DNA from: a virus
Lineage: Duplodnaviria > Caudoviricetes
Length of the DNA: 64,000 nucleotides
Reading direction: 5' to 3' (one strand)
IMG/VR virus record: IMGVR_UViG_3300009873_000004
Span: 19,827-83,826 of that record
Part shown: positions 9,473 to 17,471 of the stretch, piece by piece
How positions within the stretch are numbered: position 1 is the first letter of the stretch
How the letters are laid out: each line of letters begins with the position of its first letter
The notes under the pieces: generated by a model
The model's database searches: none
Told to the model about the DNA's origin: nothing
What the model saw: the letters and a program-made list of their open reading frames with translations, nothing else
Program-made: the position numbers and the translations under genes

Positions 9473-9738
9473 TTCACACAGATCGCGGTGGCCGGGAAGA
9501 GCGGGTCGAGCGTGACCCGCAGCCCGTAAATCATCTCCACGTCCACCGTCCCAAAGTGATACTCCAGGGAGATCGGATTGATCACCAGTTCGACCGGGAC
9601 CTGGCCGAAGTTGGCATGGTGATCCAGGATCACCCGGACCAGATCGTACATGCGCTCAAAGCGAGTCAGGCGGCGCGTGAGTTCCTGGTGGCTCGCCACC
9701 GCCTCCAATTCCTCCAAGACCAAGTTCGCCGGTTCCAT
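9469..9738 (-). CDS. Hypothetical protein (89 aa)
   Basis: GAGG SD before ATG 9738; ATGA overlap with downstream GT2. Confidence 0.5.
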   Translation of the reverse strand: MEPANLVLEELEAVASHQELTRRLTRFERMYDLVRVILDHHANFGQVPVELVINPISLEYHFGTVDVEMIYGLRVTLDPLFPATAICVK

Positions 9739-11188
9739 ATTCGCCTCGCGCTCCAATGTCGGACTCTCTCACCCCCCAGTCCATAATATCCACCTGCTTG
9801 AGTTTCTTGCCCCCCGCCTTCAGTTCATAGCGGCTCGACGCCCACTTGAGCAGCCGCTCGATCAGCCATTTCTCCAGCCGGAAGTGGGTAAAGAAGCGCT
9901 TGCGCCAGCGCCAGGAGGCCAGGGCTTCAAGCGGCCAAATAAATGCCCGTCGCCAACCTGGAAAGTTGCGTTCAGTTTTGTCGCCGCGACCACGATGAAA
10001 ATGCAGTCCGCCGATGTGATACAGGTTAGAGGCCCGCACGTCCAGGGTCTGGTTGAGTGAATAGTTGGACCACTCTGCCATTGTTTGGGGCAGGGAATCC
10101 GGATCCACCAACTCAAATAGCGGACTGCCAGGGAGCGCCACATAGGCGTAAAAGTTCTGCGTAAGTCGGCCGTCATGGATACGATTGAGCCGATCCGCCT
10201 GGTCCAGAGTCTCATTGATCTCCTCGGGAGTCTCGGTCGGGAAGCCGGTGATCCAGTAATACAAGGGCCAGATGCCGTGGTTGGCGAGCGCCTGCGCACA
10301 GCGAACCTGGTCGTCCCGCGTAATGTCTTTCTCTGTGAGTTCGAGCATCCGCTTGCTGGCCGTCTCCATGCCGATGGAGATGTGCTTGATGCCCATGTCG
10401 GCCATTTCGCGAGCCACTTCATCTGTGACCTGGTGGGCTCGGATCGACGGGCGGTACTCAATGCCAAGGTCCCGCAGGTAGCGGATGATCTCTCGGGCTC
10501 GGGGCCAGCGACCAATCCAATCGTCACCATGCTCGTATTTCCTGACGCCAGCGTTCTCCAATAGATACTTTACATCCCACTTCCAGCGATCCAGGTCGAC
10601 CGATTGCCAACTGCGCTCGAAGAACTGCTGGATGTAGCAGAAGCCGCACCGAAACGGGCAACCCCTGGACGTCATCAAGACGCTGTCGCCGGTTCGGGCG
10701 GAACGACGAAAGTGAAGGAGGGTGTGTGGACTAACCGGGGAAACATGGTCAGCAGTTCCTGACAGATGTCCATGGGCACGTTGTTTAGGTCCACCGTGTA
10801 TAGCTTCAAGGACTGCCCACTCTCCCTCTGAAAGAACCACAGCGTCAACGTAGTCTTCTGCCAGGCACTGGTCGGGCTGCATGGTGACATGGATACCGCC
10901 CAGGATAGTTCGCTTGCCATGCGCCTTGGCTCCTTTGAGGATCTCGATCGCGCCCTGTAACTGGTAGCCCGTCATCGACGACACGCCTACCACGTCCGGC
11001 CAGGACAGGTCCGGCCAGGGATCGTAGCGCCCATCCCAATAGCGCACGTCGTAGGTCTCATCGCTCTTGCCCCTGGCTTTTGCTTCGACCAGCGCCTGGC
11101 CGACGTGCAGGATCGAAAGCGGCGGGCTCTTCTGCGGCGAGCTAACCGATGGTCGCGGGTAGGCCAGCAGGACTTTAGTCGTGCCCAT
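9656..11188 (-). CDS. Cobalamin-binding radical SAM enzyme (class B methyltransferase-like)
   Basis: N-terminal B12 domain (PPLSILHV, DVVGVSSMT, ILGGIHVT, VVLSEGE); SRGCPFRCGFC CxxxCxxC; IGMETAS; WITGFPTET. Confidence 0.92.
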   Translation of the reverse strand: MGTTKVLLAYPRPSVSSPQKSPPLSILHVGQALVEAKARGKSDETYDVRYWDGRYDPWPDLSWPDVVGVSSMTGYQLQGAIEILKGAKAHGKRTILGGIHVTMQPDQCLAEDYVDAVVLSEGEWAVLEAIHGGPKQRAHGHLSGTADHVSPVSPHTLLHFRRSARTGDSVLMTSRGCPFRCGFCYIQQFFERSWQSVDLDRWKWDVKYLLENAGVRKYEHGDDWIGRWPRAREIIRYLRDLGIEYRPSIRAHQVTDEVAREMADMGIKHISIGMETASKRMLELTEKDITRDDQVRCAQALANHGIWPLYYWITGFPTETPEEINETLDQADRLNRIHDGRLTQNFYAYVALPGSPLFELVDPDSLPQTMAEWSNYSLNQTLDVRASNLYHIGGLHFHRGRGDKTERNFPGWRRAFIWPLEALASWRWRKRFFTHFRLEKWLIERLLKWASSRYELKAGGKKLKQVDIMDWGVRESDIGARGEYGTGELGLGGIGGGGEPPGTHAPPDSL

Positions 11189-12110
11189 CGGCAATACTTT
11201 CCAGATAGCTGTCCCAGCGCCGGACGGTGATGCCCGGATCGAAATGGGTCAGTGTCCAATTGTAGGCCGGGTCGACCATTTCCAGGTAGGGAGCCGGGTC
11301 CCTCAGAAAGGCGTGGATGTGGTTGACGAACTCTTCCGAGTTGCGGGCGAAGTGGGCGAAGCCGCCCGTCGTCTCGCGCAGGGCCGGAATGTCCTGGCAT
11401 ATGACCGGCACCCTGCCCATCTGCGCCTGGGCGACGGAGGTGCAGCAGCACTCGTCCCGTGTGGGGAAGACGAACAACTTCAGGTTGCGATAGAAGATCT
11501 TGGGGTTGACCCAGCCGGTGATCAGGCAGTTGGACGGCGCTCGCTTCTGGCAGACTTCCAGCAACGGCCCGTCTCCGGCTAGGGCAAAGGGCTGTGCTGC
11601 AAAGACCCAGGCCAGGGCGATAAACTCCAGCGGGCACTTCTCGTCCGCCAGGCGGCTGAGTTTTCCGATCACGGTCGGGGTTACTTCCGGATCGCGTTCC
11701 ATGCGCTCAACGATCGCGTAGATCGTGGTGCGGTTGGGCATGCGCAGGTTGCGCTCGGAGGCCAGATGGCTCATCGCCACAAAACCGTCCACCAGTTCGG
11801 GCGGGGTCGGGCTGGCCGCGATCGAGTGCATGCACTCCACGAACTTCGCCCCCCACTCGTGCGCCAATCTGGCGTTGTCGGCATAGCTCCAGCCGCCAAC
11901 CGTGTGGCCGACGACGACTTTGTAAGTGCTCTTGAGTTCTTCCGGGGGTCCGCCTGGGAATAGGCGCATGCCCTCCAAGCGCATCTGCTCGGCCATTGAG
12001 CCATCCGCCGCCCAGAAGTCGTGAACATGCTTGGAGTGCCGGTGCAGGCGCAGCAGGTTGGCCTGGATGCCGCCCCTATGACTCACGTCGAGACAATGAA
12101 GAATATTCAT
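11175..12110 (-). CDS. Glycosyltransferase, GT-B fold (family 4-like)
   Basis: IGKLSRL..EK, LAGDGPL, FVFPTRDECCCTSVAQAQ...VPVICQDIPALRE; start refined to ATG 12110 (MNILHCLD). Confidence 0.85.
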   Translation of the reverse strand: MNILHCLDVSHRGGIQANLLRLHRHSKHVHDFWAADGSMAEQMRLEGMRLFPGGPPEELKSTYKVVVGHTVGGWSYADNARLAHEWGAKFVECMHSIAASPTPPELVDGFVAMSHLASERNLRMPNRTTIYAIVERMERDPEVTPTVIGKLSRLADEKCPLEFIALAWVFAAQPFALAGDGPLLEVCQKRAPSNCLITGWVNPKIFYRNLKLFVFPTRDECCCTSVAQAQMGRVPVICQDIPALRETTGGFAHFARNSEEFVNHIHAFLRDPAPYLEMVDPAYNWTLTHFDPGITVRRWDSYLESIADGHD

Positions 12111-12661
12111 TCCTTCCACGACCTGCCAACAATAATGGCACTAATGTTTGCCCGTTTGACGCCATAGTTGTCAGCCAACTGCTGCTGTGTCATCACACGC
12201 TCCTTGTAGAGCCTGCGTATTTCTCGCACATCATCCCAGGTCAAAACCGCCCTGGCCGCATTTTCCCCTCTCGGGTAAGGCGTCTTGCGATTTTTCTTGA
12301 CTCGCCCCAGGCCATTATCTGTGGCCCGCTTGATATTTTCTAGCTGAGTTACCGGCTCCAGATTGGACGGACAATTGTTGTGCTTATTGCAGTCCTTGTG
12401 ATCGATCTCAAGATCGTCAATAACATCCCCAAAAAAGTAGATGTAGACCACTCGATGCGCCGAGGCCTTGATCGACTGCCCGTCCTTGAATGTCGAAAGC
12501 CTAAGATAGCGCCCAGCATTCTCTGCTCGCTTTGGCTTTTTGAGTCTGATCCTTCCAGCAAACGGATGGATCCACCAATGACGCCAGATTCGGCCTTCAT
12601 CATCAATCGATAGTGTTCCATTTTGGACCAGACTCAGAAAGAACTTCTCCCCAGGTCGCAT
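12107..12661 (-). CDS. HNH homing endonuclease (HNH_3) with C-terminal HTH
   Basis: AHRVVY..FFG, IDHKDCNKHNNCPSNLEPVTQLEN; A.LT..DV.EIR and QQQLADNYGVKRANISAI HTH; ATG 12661 with AAGGAG SD. Confidence 0.92.
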   Translation of the reverse strand: MRPGEKFFLSLVQNGTLSIDDEGRIWRHWWIHPFAGRIRLKKPKRAENAGRYLRLSTFKDGQSIKASAHRVVYIYFFGDVIDDLEIDHKDCNKHNNCPSNLEPVTQLENIKRATDNGLGRVKKNRKTPYPRGENAARAVLTWDDVREIRRLYKERVMTQQQLADNYGVKRANISAIIVGRSWKE

Positions 12662-12695
12662 TGTCATCTCCTTGGTAAAAGATGACAATAGTATA
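12660..12695 (-). promoter_or_regulatory. RBS-sequestering hairpin and -10 box (TATACT) of the HNH gene
   Basis: Perfect 10-bp inverted repeat ATTGTCATCT/AGATGACAAT (12660-12669, 12680-12689) covering part of the SD and the start codon; TATACT at 12690-12695. Confidence 0.7.
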
Positions 12696-12751
12696 CAGCA
12701 AATGGTGGTATTCAGAAAGCCGGTTGGAATTGTCCAGGCAGTGCAGGATAT

Positions 12752-13405
12752 TCATTTCTTGATCCCCAGCCACCAGATGACGACCGGATGCAGGCCATCG
12801 GGCGGCGTGTTCCAGGAAGGCACTTCCTGCTGCGCCAATCGCACCGGGATCCACTCGCCCGTCATGCCCCGGCTGATCTTCGAAGCGTACAGTTCCTGGA
12901 TGATTGCCCGGTTCCCCCAACTGCCGAACTCGACCGTCTCCCACCAGAGCTCCGGGAAGAGAAAGCGGTAGCCGTCAGGCGAGATCCGCCAGCAGTCCAG
13001 GGGAGCCGGGTGAGTTGGATGCAGGTAAGGCGTGGCGACGATCGCCAGCCCACCCGGCTTCAAGACCTTGTAGATCTCCAGCGCAGCAGCGAAGATGTTT
13101 TGCACATGCTCCAGCACCTGGTCGACGATCAGCACGTCCCAATGGCCGGTCCACTCATTGGGCAGAATCTGAATGTCGATCTGTGGGTAGTCACATACCT
13201 GGGCCTCCACCCGCTGGCCGTGCAGGGACTTGAGCATGCGAATGATCGACGTCGTCGGCTCCCTGGCCCCGATCTCCATCACCCGCAAAGGATCGGCCAG
13301 CATCATCGTCCGCTTGAGAGTCGCGAAGATGCGCTCGTACATGACATGGCGCACCAGGTCGTGGTGCGCCCAAGAGCCATCAATCGGCCGCCAGATGTCG
13401 CTCAT
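12752..13405 (-). CDS. Class I SAM-dependent methyltransferase (Methyltransf_11-like)
   Basis: VMEIGA motif I, WDVLIVDQVLEHV, YKVLKPGG, DCWR; start by ATGA coupling. Confidence 0.88.
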   Translation of the reverse strand: MSDIWRPIDGSWAHHDLVRHVMYERIFATLKRTMMLADPLRVMEIGAREPTTSIIRMLKSLHGQRVEAQVCDYPQIDIQILPNEWTGHWDVLIVDQVLEHVQNIFAAALEIYKVLKPGGLAIVATPYLHPTHPAPLDCWRISPDGYRFLFPELWWETVEFGSWGNRAIIQELYASKISRGMTGEWIPVRLAQQEVPSWNTPPDGLHPVVIWWLGIKK

Positions 13406-13986
13406 GCTCGCCCCAGCAACATCCCGTTCCAGTCCAGCCAGTGGCAATGTCGGTAAATGGGGTCTTGGTGAATGTGGGCCTGGATCTGATCGCTCAGTGC
13501 ATGCTTGTGAATGCCGTGCTGGCCGAACTTCTCCAGCCAGTATTCCTTGGTCGCTTCGCCGTAATGCCCCTCACCCCCCTGCCCCGGCCGGGCCGCCGAG
13601 AAGTAGATCAGCGGAGCGCACTTGACCAGGGTAGCGACCAGCGTGTCGTGAAACTCGAAGTGCAGGTGCTCGCCGACTTCGATGCACAGGGCTAGATCAA
13701 AGACTTGGGGCGGGTCCCAGGCGGCCCGTAGATCAACAATTTGGAACTCTTCTGGAGCCACGGATTCCCCGCCTGCCGGACAGCCGTCGATCGCCAGGAC
13801 CTGGCAACCACGTTCCTTGAATGGGACGAGATAAATGCCCGGCCCAGCGCCCACATCAATAACAGACTTAGGCTGAAGCCGGTCATGCAGTAAAGCGCCC
13901 AGCGCCATGGCTTGCTCAGTTTCATGTTTGAGCACCTCCTTCATCAGCCAGGTGTATTCTTCGAGATTGAAATAGCGCTCGGTCAT
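13402..13986 (-). CDS. Class I SAM-dependent methyltransferase
   Basis: VIDVGAGPG, LAIDG, DLR, FDLALCIEVGEHL, PGQGGEGH. Confidence 0.9.
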   Translation of the reverse strand: MTERYFNLEEYTWLMKEVLKHETEQAMALGALLHDRLQPKSVIDVGAGPGIYLVPFKERGCQVLAIDGCPAGGESVAPEEFQIVDLRAAWDPPQVFDLALCIEVGEHLHFEFHDTLVATLVKCAPLIYFSAARPGQGGEGHYGEATKEYWLEKFGQHGIHKHALSDQIQAHIHQDPIYRHCHWLDWNGMLLGRA

Positions 13987-14195
13987 GCCAGCCTCGCCCA
14001 GGTCTCCACCGCCAGCTTGAAACGATCGAAGTCTGGATGGGCGCGGTGGATCGAGTAGGTCGCCACCTCTTCGCCGTTTGCCAGCAGGAAGTGCGCCCGC
14101 AGCATGATCCCGTCGTCGCGCATCTCGACCTTATCGGCTTCGATGTGCAGGTGCTTGCCGTCGATCCTCCGTCCTTTGAAGACGAACTCTTTCAT
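13983..14195 (-). CDS. Hypothetical protein (70 aa)
   Basis: ATGA-coupled at both ends. Confidence 0.55.
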   Translation of the reverse strand: MKEFVFKGRRIDGKHLHIEADKVEMRDDGIMLRAHFLLANGEEVATYSIHRAHPDFDRFKLAVETWARLA

Positions 14196-14437
14196 CTTTC
14201 CCTCAATGGAGTTGCCGGATTGTCTACGTACAGTTGCATTTCTCCTATCTTACCCAGCATTTCTTTGGACGTTTTCAAGAGAGATGCGTACATTTCCCTG
14301 AAGTAAGGCGATAGGAGCAGTTGTTGCTCCTTGCCAAACATTTCCGAACCAACATTCACGGTCTGCCTAACAAGCCCCATGAAGACTTTCAGAAACTCCT
14401 CGTCACTTTCGTTTACGTCGATTCTGACAGTCTTCAT
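14192..14437 (-). CDS. Hypothetical protein (81 aa)
   Basis: GGAGG SD before ATG 14437; lower GC than neighbours. Confidence 0.5.
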   Translation of the reverse strand: MKTVRIDVNESDEEFLKVFMGLVRQTVNVGSEMFGKEQQLLLSPYFREMYASLLKTSKEMLGKIGEMQLYVDNPATPLRER

Positions 14438-15333
14438 CCGAACACCTCCCGCAGTTCCAGAGTTGTAGCCTCGGCTGTGTAGCACAGGCTCCAGTCATAG
14501 GCCTGCTGGCGGATCCGCTCGCGAGCAGTCTCATCCCCGCGCAGGAGCTTGAGCCCGTCGACCACTTCAGCCACAAAGCGCGAGGGCGAGCCGTGCCCGC
14601 CGTTGTCGGGATCCTGCACCACCCAGGCCGTCTCGCGGTGGAACATGAACTCGTTTCCGCCACCCCCGGTCGTGCCGACCACCACCGCCCCCGAGCGCAT
14701 CGCTTCCAGGCAGGCCATCGGAAAGCCTTCCGGGTGAGTCAGGTGGGCGTAGTAGTCGCATTCGGCCAGCAGGTCGGCCAACTGGGCCTGGGTCTGCGGC
14801 TCGGTCACGTAGACCACGCCAAAGCCTTCGGCCTCCAGCGCCACTTTGAGCATCTGGTGGTAGGGATTGCGCCGGGCCATGACCAACACCCAGTTCTTCT
14901 GCTTGATGCCCACGCGCCAGGGAGAGAGTTCCAGGAAAGGCGTCACCTTGCGCAGGGCCTTGACATCGAAGACGCGCTGCATGTGGTTTGCCAGGAAGCG
15001 CGAGCAGACCAGCACCTCGCCCGGATCGCGCAGAAACTCCAGCCGGTCTAGCCAGACGTAGTTCTGCACGAAACACAACGAGCGCACCCCGTCACGATGG
15101 ATATGCGGCCAGAGCACTTCCGGCACCACCAGCACATCCCCCTGCCCCAGGCGGATCTCGGTCGTCAGATACCGGCGCGGAATGGGATTAGCATCCCACC
15201 AGGCCAGGTAGTCGTTCGTCTTCTGCCAGGCCAGGGCGGGCAGACCGGCCTGGTTGAGCAGATCCACCAACTTGTAGAGAAACCAGACTCCGCCTGAAGG
15301 CGTGTCGGGTTTGGGCACATGAAAATAGATCAC
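14434..15333 (-). CDS. Glycosyltransferase, GT-B fold (family 4-like)
   Basis: PSGGVWFLYKLVDLLN; PEGFPMACLEAMRSGAVVVG. Confidence 0.85.
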   Translation of the reverse strand: MIYFHVPKPDTPSGGVWFLYKLVDLLNQAGLPALAWQKTNDYLAWWDANPIPRRYLTTEIRLGQGDVLVVPEVLWPHIHRDGVRSLCFVQNYVWLDRLEFLRDPGEVLVCSRFLANHMQRVFDVKALRKVTPFLELSPWRVGIKQKNWVLVMARRNPYHQMLKVALEAEGFGVVYVTEPQTQAQLADLLAECDYYAHLTHPEGFPMACLEAMRSGAVVVGTTGGGGNEFMFHRETAWVVQDPDNGGHGSPSRFVAEVVDGLKLLRGDETARERIRQQAYDWSLCYTAEATTLELREVFG

Positions 15334-15623
15334 CGAACGACCACCTTTCGAGTCCGAGGCCTGATTCCCAGCAGGCGAGCCCAGAATCCCGGATCGTCAT
15401 CTTCATAGTCGGTTGCCTCAAAGCGCACCTGGCCCGGACGCTCAGGTGCTCGCTCGTCGACGCTGGCTCCACATTCTTGACACTTGATCTGTCTCTTCTG
15501 ACTGCCGCAGTAGGCGCAGATCCGCTCCAGACCCTGGTAATTCGGCCAGATGCGTAGGGTTGCCATTGAACCCGAGGTCGGCACATAACTCAACGCTGGC
15601 TGGTCAACATAGATAACGCTCAT
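15330..15623 (-). CDS. Small double zinc-ribbon protein
   Basis: CAYCG...CQECG; coupled at both ends. Confidence 0.5.
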   Translation of the reverse strand: MSVIYVDQPALSYVPTSGSMATLRIWPNYQGLERICAYCGSQKRQIKCQECGASVDERAPERPGQVRFEATDYEDDDPGFWARLLGIRPRTRKVVVR

Positions 15624-16462
15624 CCTGCCTCCATCCCGCCTGCGTGCATGCCCTGGGCGCTAAAACGCATGAAGTCCAGGCCGGTCCACTTCTGAAAGAG
15701 AAAGGCCAGCGAGTGCGCTTCCTTCTCGGCTACCTCCGGCTCCAGCGCCAACTTCTCCTCCAGCGTCCGTCCCCGGCTTGCGCCTTCCTGGTGAATGGCG
15801 TGGGTGTAGCCCAGATAGACGGGCGGCATGCCGCACTGGAAGGACCGCAGGCCCAGGTCGATGTCCTCGGCCGTAAAGCCGAAGCGCCGATCCAGGAGCC
15901 CTGAGCGCATGATGAACTCGCGGGAGACTCCCAATAGCGCTCCCGTCACCAGCCCGGTGCGCATCACCACCGCGTCTGGATCGAGCGCGTCTTCAAAGCG
16001 ACACAGGTGGTCGAAATACCCAGGCAGCGGGCCTTCAGGCGTGGGCACAAAGACCACCCCGGCATGCTGGATGCGCAGGTCCGGATACAGCAGGCGGCAG
16101 CCGATCACCCCGGCTCGCAGCTTCGTTTGCGCGTCGGCCAGCACCTGGAGCGACTCTTCGGTGAAGAGGATGTCGTTGTTGACCAGGAAGACCGAATACT
16201 CGCCGTTGGCCCGCTCGATCCCGGCGTTGCAGGCGGCGGCAAAGCCCTCCCGCTCGATCCGGACCAGTTCCACCTCGAACTCGGTCGCCAGGGCCTGGAG
16301 CAGGTCAAGCGCTTCGCCGTCGTCGCCGTCCGAGACGATAAAGGTCTCGGGGAACATGTGGTCGTGCGTCTGGCGCAGCGATGTCAGGCAAGCGCGGGTC
16401 AACTTCGCCCCCTTGACGCCGTAAGTCGGGATGACGACCGAGGCCCAGGGAGTCTCGATCAT
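15620..16462 (-). CDS. Glycosyltransferase family 2
   Basis: SVVIPTY, IVSDG, GFAAACNAG, FLVNNDI, VTGALLG, EDIDLGLR. Confidence 0.92.
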   Translation of the reverse strand: MIETPWASVVIPTYGVKGAKLTRACLTSLRQTHDHMFPETFIVSDGDDGEALDLLQALATEFEVELVRIEREGFAAACNAGIERANGEYSVFLVNNDILFTEESLQVLADAQTKLRAGVIGCRLLYPDLRIQHAGVVFVPTPEGPLPGYFDHLCRFEDALDPDAVVMRTGLVTGALLGVSREFIMRSGLLDRRFGFTAEDIDLGLRSFQCGMPPVYLGYTHAIHQEGASRGRTLEEKLALEPEVAEKEAHSLAFLFQKWTGLDFMRFSAQGMHAGGMEAG

Positions 16463-17454
16463 GGCGCGTTCCCCCACAACACCTGCTCATAGCGGTCGAC
16501 GTTGCGGTGCATCAGATGATCTCTGGCCCAGGCCAGGCCTTCCTCGCGCAGTTCCCGCCGCAGGCTATTCTCCGTACAGATCCGGCGCAGCGCCTTCTTC
16601 CAGCCGTCGTTGTCAATCAAGAGACCGCCCTTGGGTTTGTGATAGTAGGCATAGTTGAGAGTCGCCACCCAGGGCACGCCCGTCCGGGCATACTCCAGCA
16701 CCTTGAGGTGCGAGCGGTAGCGGTCGTACTGCCCTGAGAGCGGCGCGATCCCGGTTCCAAATTTGGACACTTCCTGCGGCCAGGCTTCATAGCTGACCCA
16801 GGGACGCGAGTCATGCGGAGCCTGGATCAGCGATTGCAGATAGTCGTTGTAGATCACCAGCCGGTGCTCGGGCAGGCCGACCAGCGCCCTGCCAATCCCG
16901 CGACTGATCTCCAGGTTCTGCCAGGTCTGGGCATGCCCGCTCGACCCGCCCCAGCCAATGACCTTGCTGTCCAGGCTGGCCGCGCCTTCCGGCCAGCAGT
17001 CGCCATCCAGAAAATTGCCCAGGAACTGGACCTTGCCGTAGTTGCCGAAATAGCGCACCAGTTCGTGGCTGGGAACCACGGAAAGATCCACCAGCGACAG
17101 CGCCTTCAAAAAGTTGGGGTAGTTCTGCTTCCAGTAGCGCTTGGCGCTGACGATCTCGGGCATGGCCCCGTAGTGATCGTCAAAGGTGCAGATGATGCGT
17201 TTGGCCCCCGCCAGGCGCAGCTTCTCCACCCGCTCGACGGTCAAGTTGCGCTCGATCAGCACCACCTCGGGCACCGGCTCGGTCCAGTCGATGTCGTCGC
17301 GAAACTGGCCCAGGCCGTTGATCTGCCAGGTCGCCAGGCGCAGATGGATGGTGTGTCCCGCCTGTTGAAGGTATTTGCGAGGAATGTGAATGCGATAGTC
17401 GGAGGTGGCCGTCTTTTCGCCCGGCGCATCTCCCTGCAAAAACAGGGCTTCCAA
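16459..17454 (-). CDS. Glycosyltransferase, GT-B fold
   Basis: SDYRI..P..YL, TFDDHY, IGWGGSSGH, GIAPL...YDRYRSHLKVLEY...GVPWVA. TTG start supported by leader GGAGATCAGGC, identical to that before the ATG at 4049. Confidence 0.8.
   Translation of the reverse strand: MEALFLQGDAPGEKTATSDYRIHIPRKYLQQAGHTIHLRLATWQINGLGQFRDDIDWTEPVPEVVLIERNLTVERVEKLRLAGAKRIICTFDDHYGAMPEIVSAKRYWKQNYPNFLKALSLVDLSVVPSHELVRYFGNYGKVQFLGNFLDGDCWPEGAASLDSKVIGWGGSSGHAQTWQNLEISRGIGRALVGLPEHRLVIYNDYLQSLIQAPHDSRPWVSYEAWPQEVSKFGTGIAPLSGQYDRYRSHLKVLEYARTGVPWVATLNYAYYHKPKGGLLIDNDGWKKALRRICTENSLRRELREEGLAWARDHLMHRNVDRYEQVLWGNAP
16755..16768. promoter_or_regulatory. Palindromic site TTCCAAATTTGGAC inside a GT gene
   Basis: Copy of the 14-bp motif, encoded with atypical AT-rich codons. 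Confidence 0.45.
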
Positions 17455-17471
17455 GCCTGATCTCCTTGGCC

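Larger units (their letters stand above)
12087..12731 (-). mobile_element. Free-standing HNH homing-endonuclease element inserted at codon 8 of the GT gene
   Basis: AT-richer segment bounded by two copies of the MNILHCLD coding sequence; carries its own promoter and RBS hairpin. Confidence 0.75.

Noticed and set aside
12616-12628. TTCCATTTTGGA as a ninth copy of the 14-bp palindrome
   Set aside because: Spacing is shorter and it lies in AT-rich HNH coding sequence
12087-12731. Group I intron around the HNH gene
   Set aside because: Too little non-coding sequence for a ribozyme core, and the exon start is duplicated, which splicing would not need
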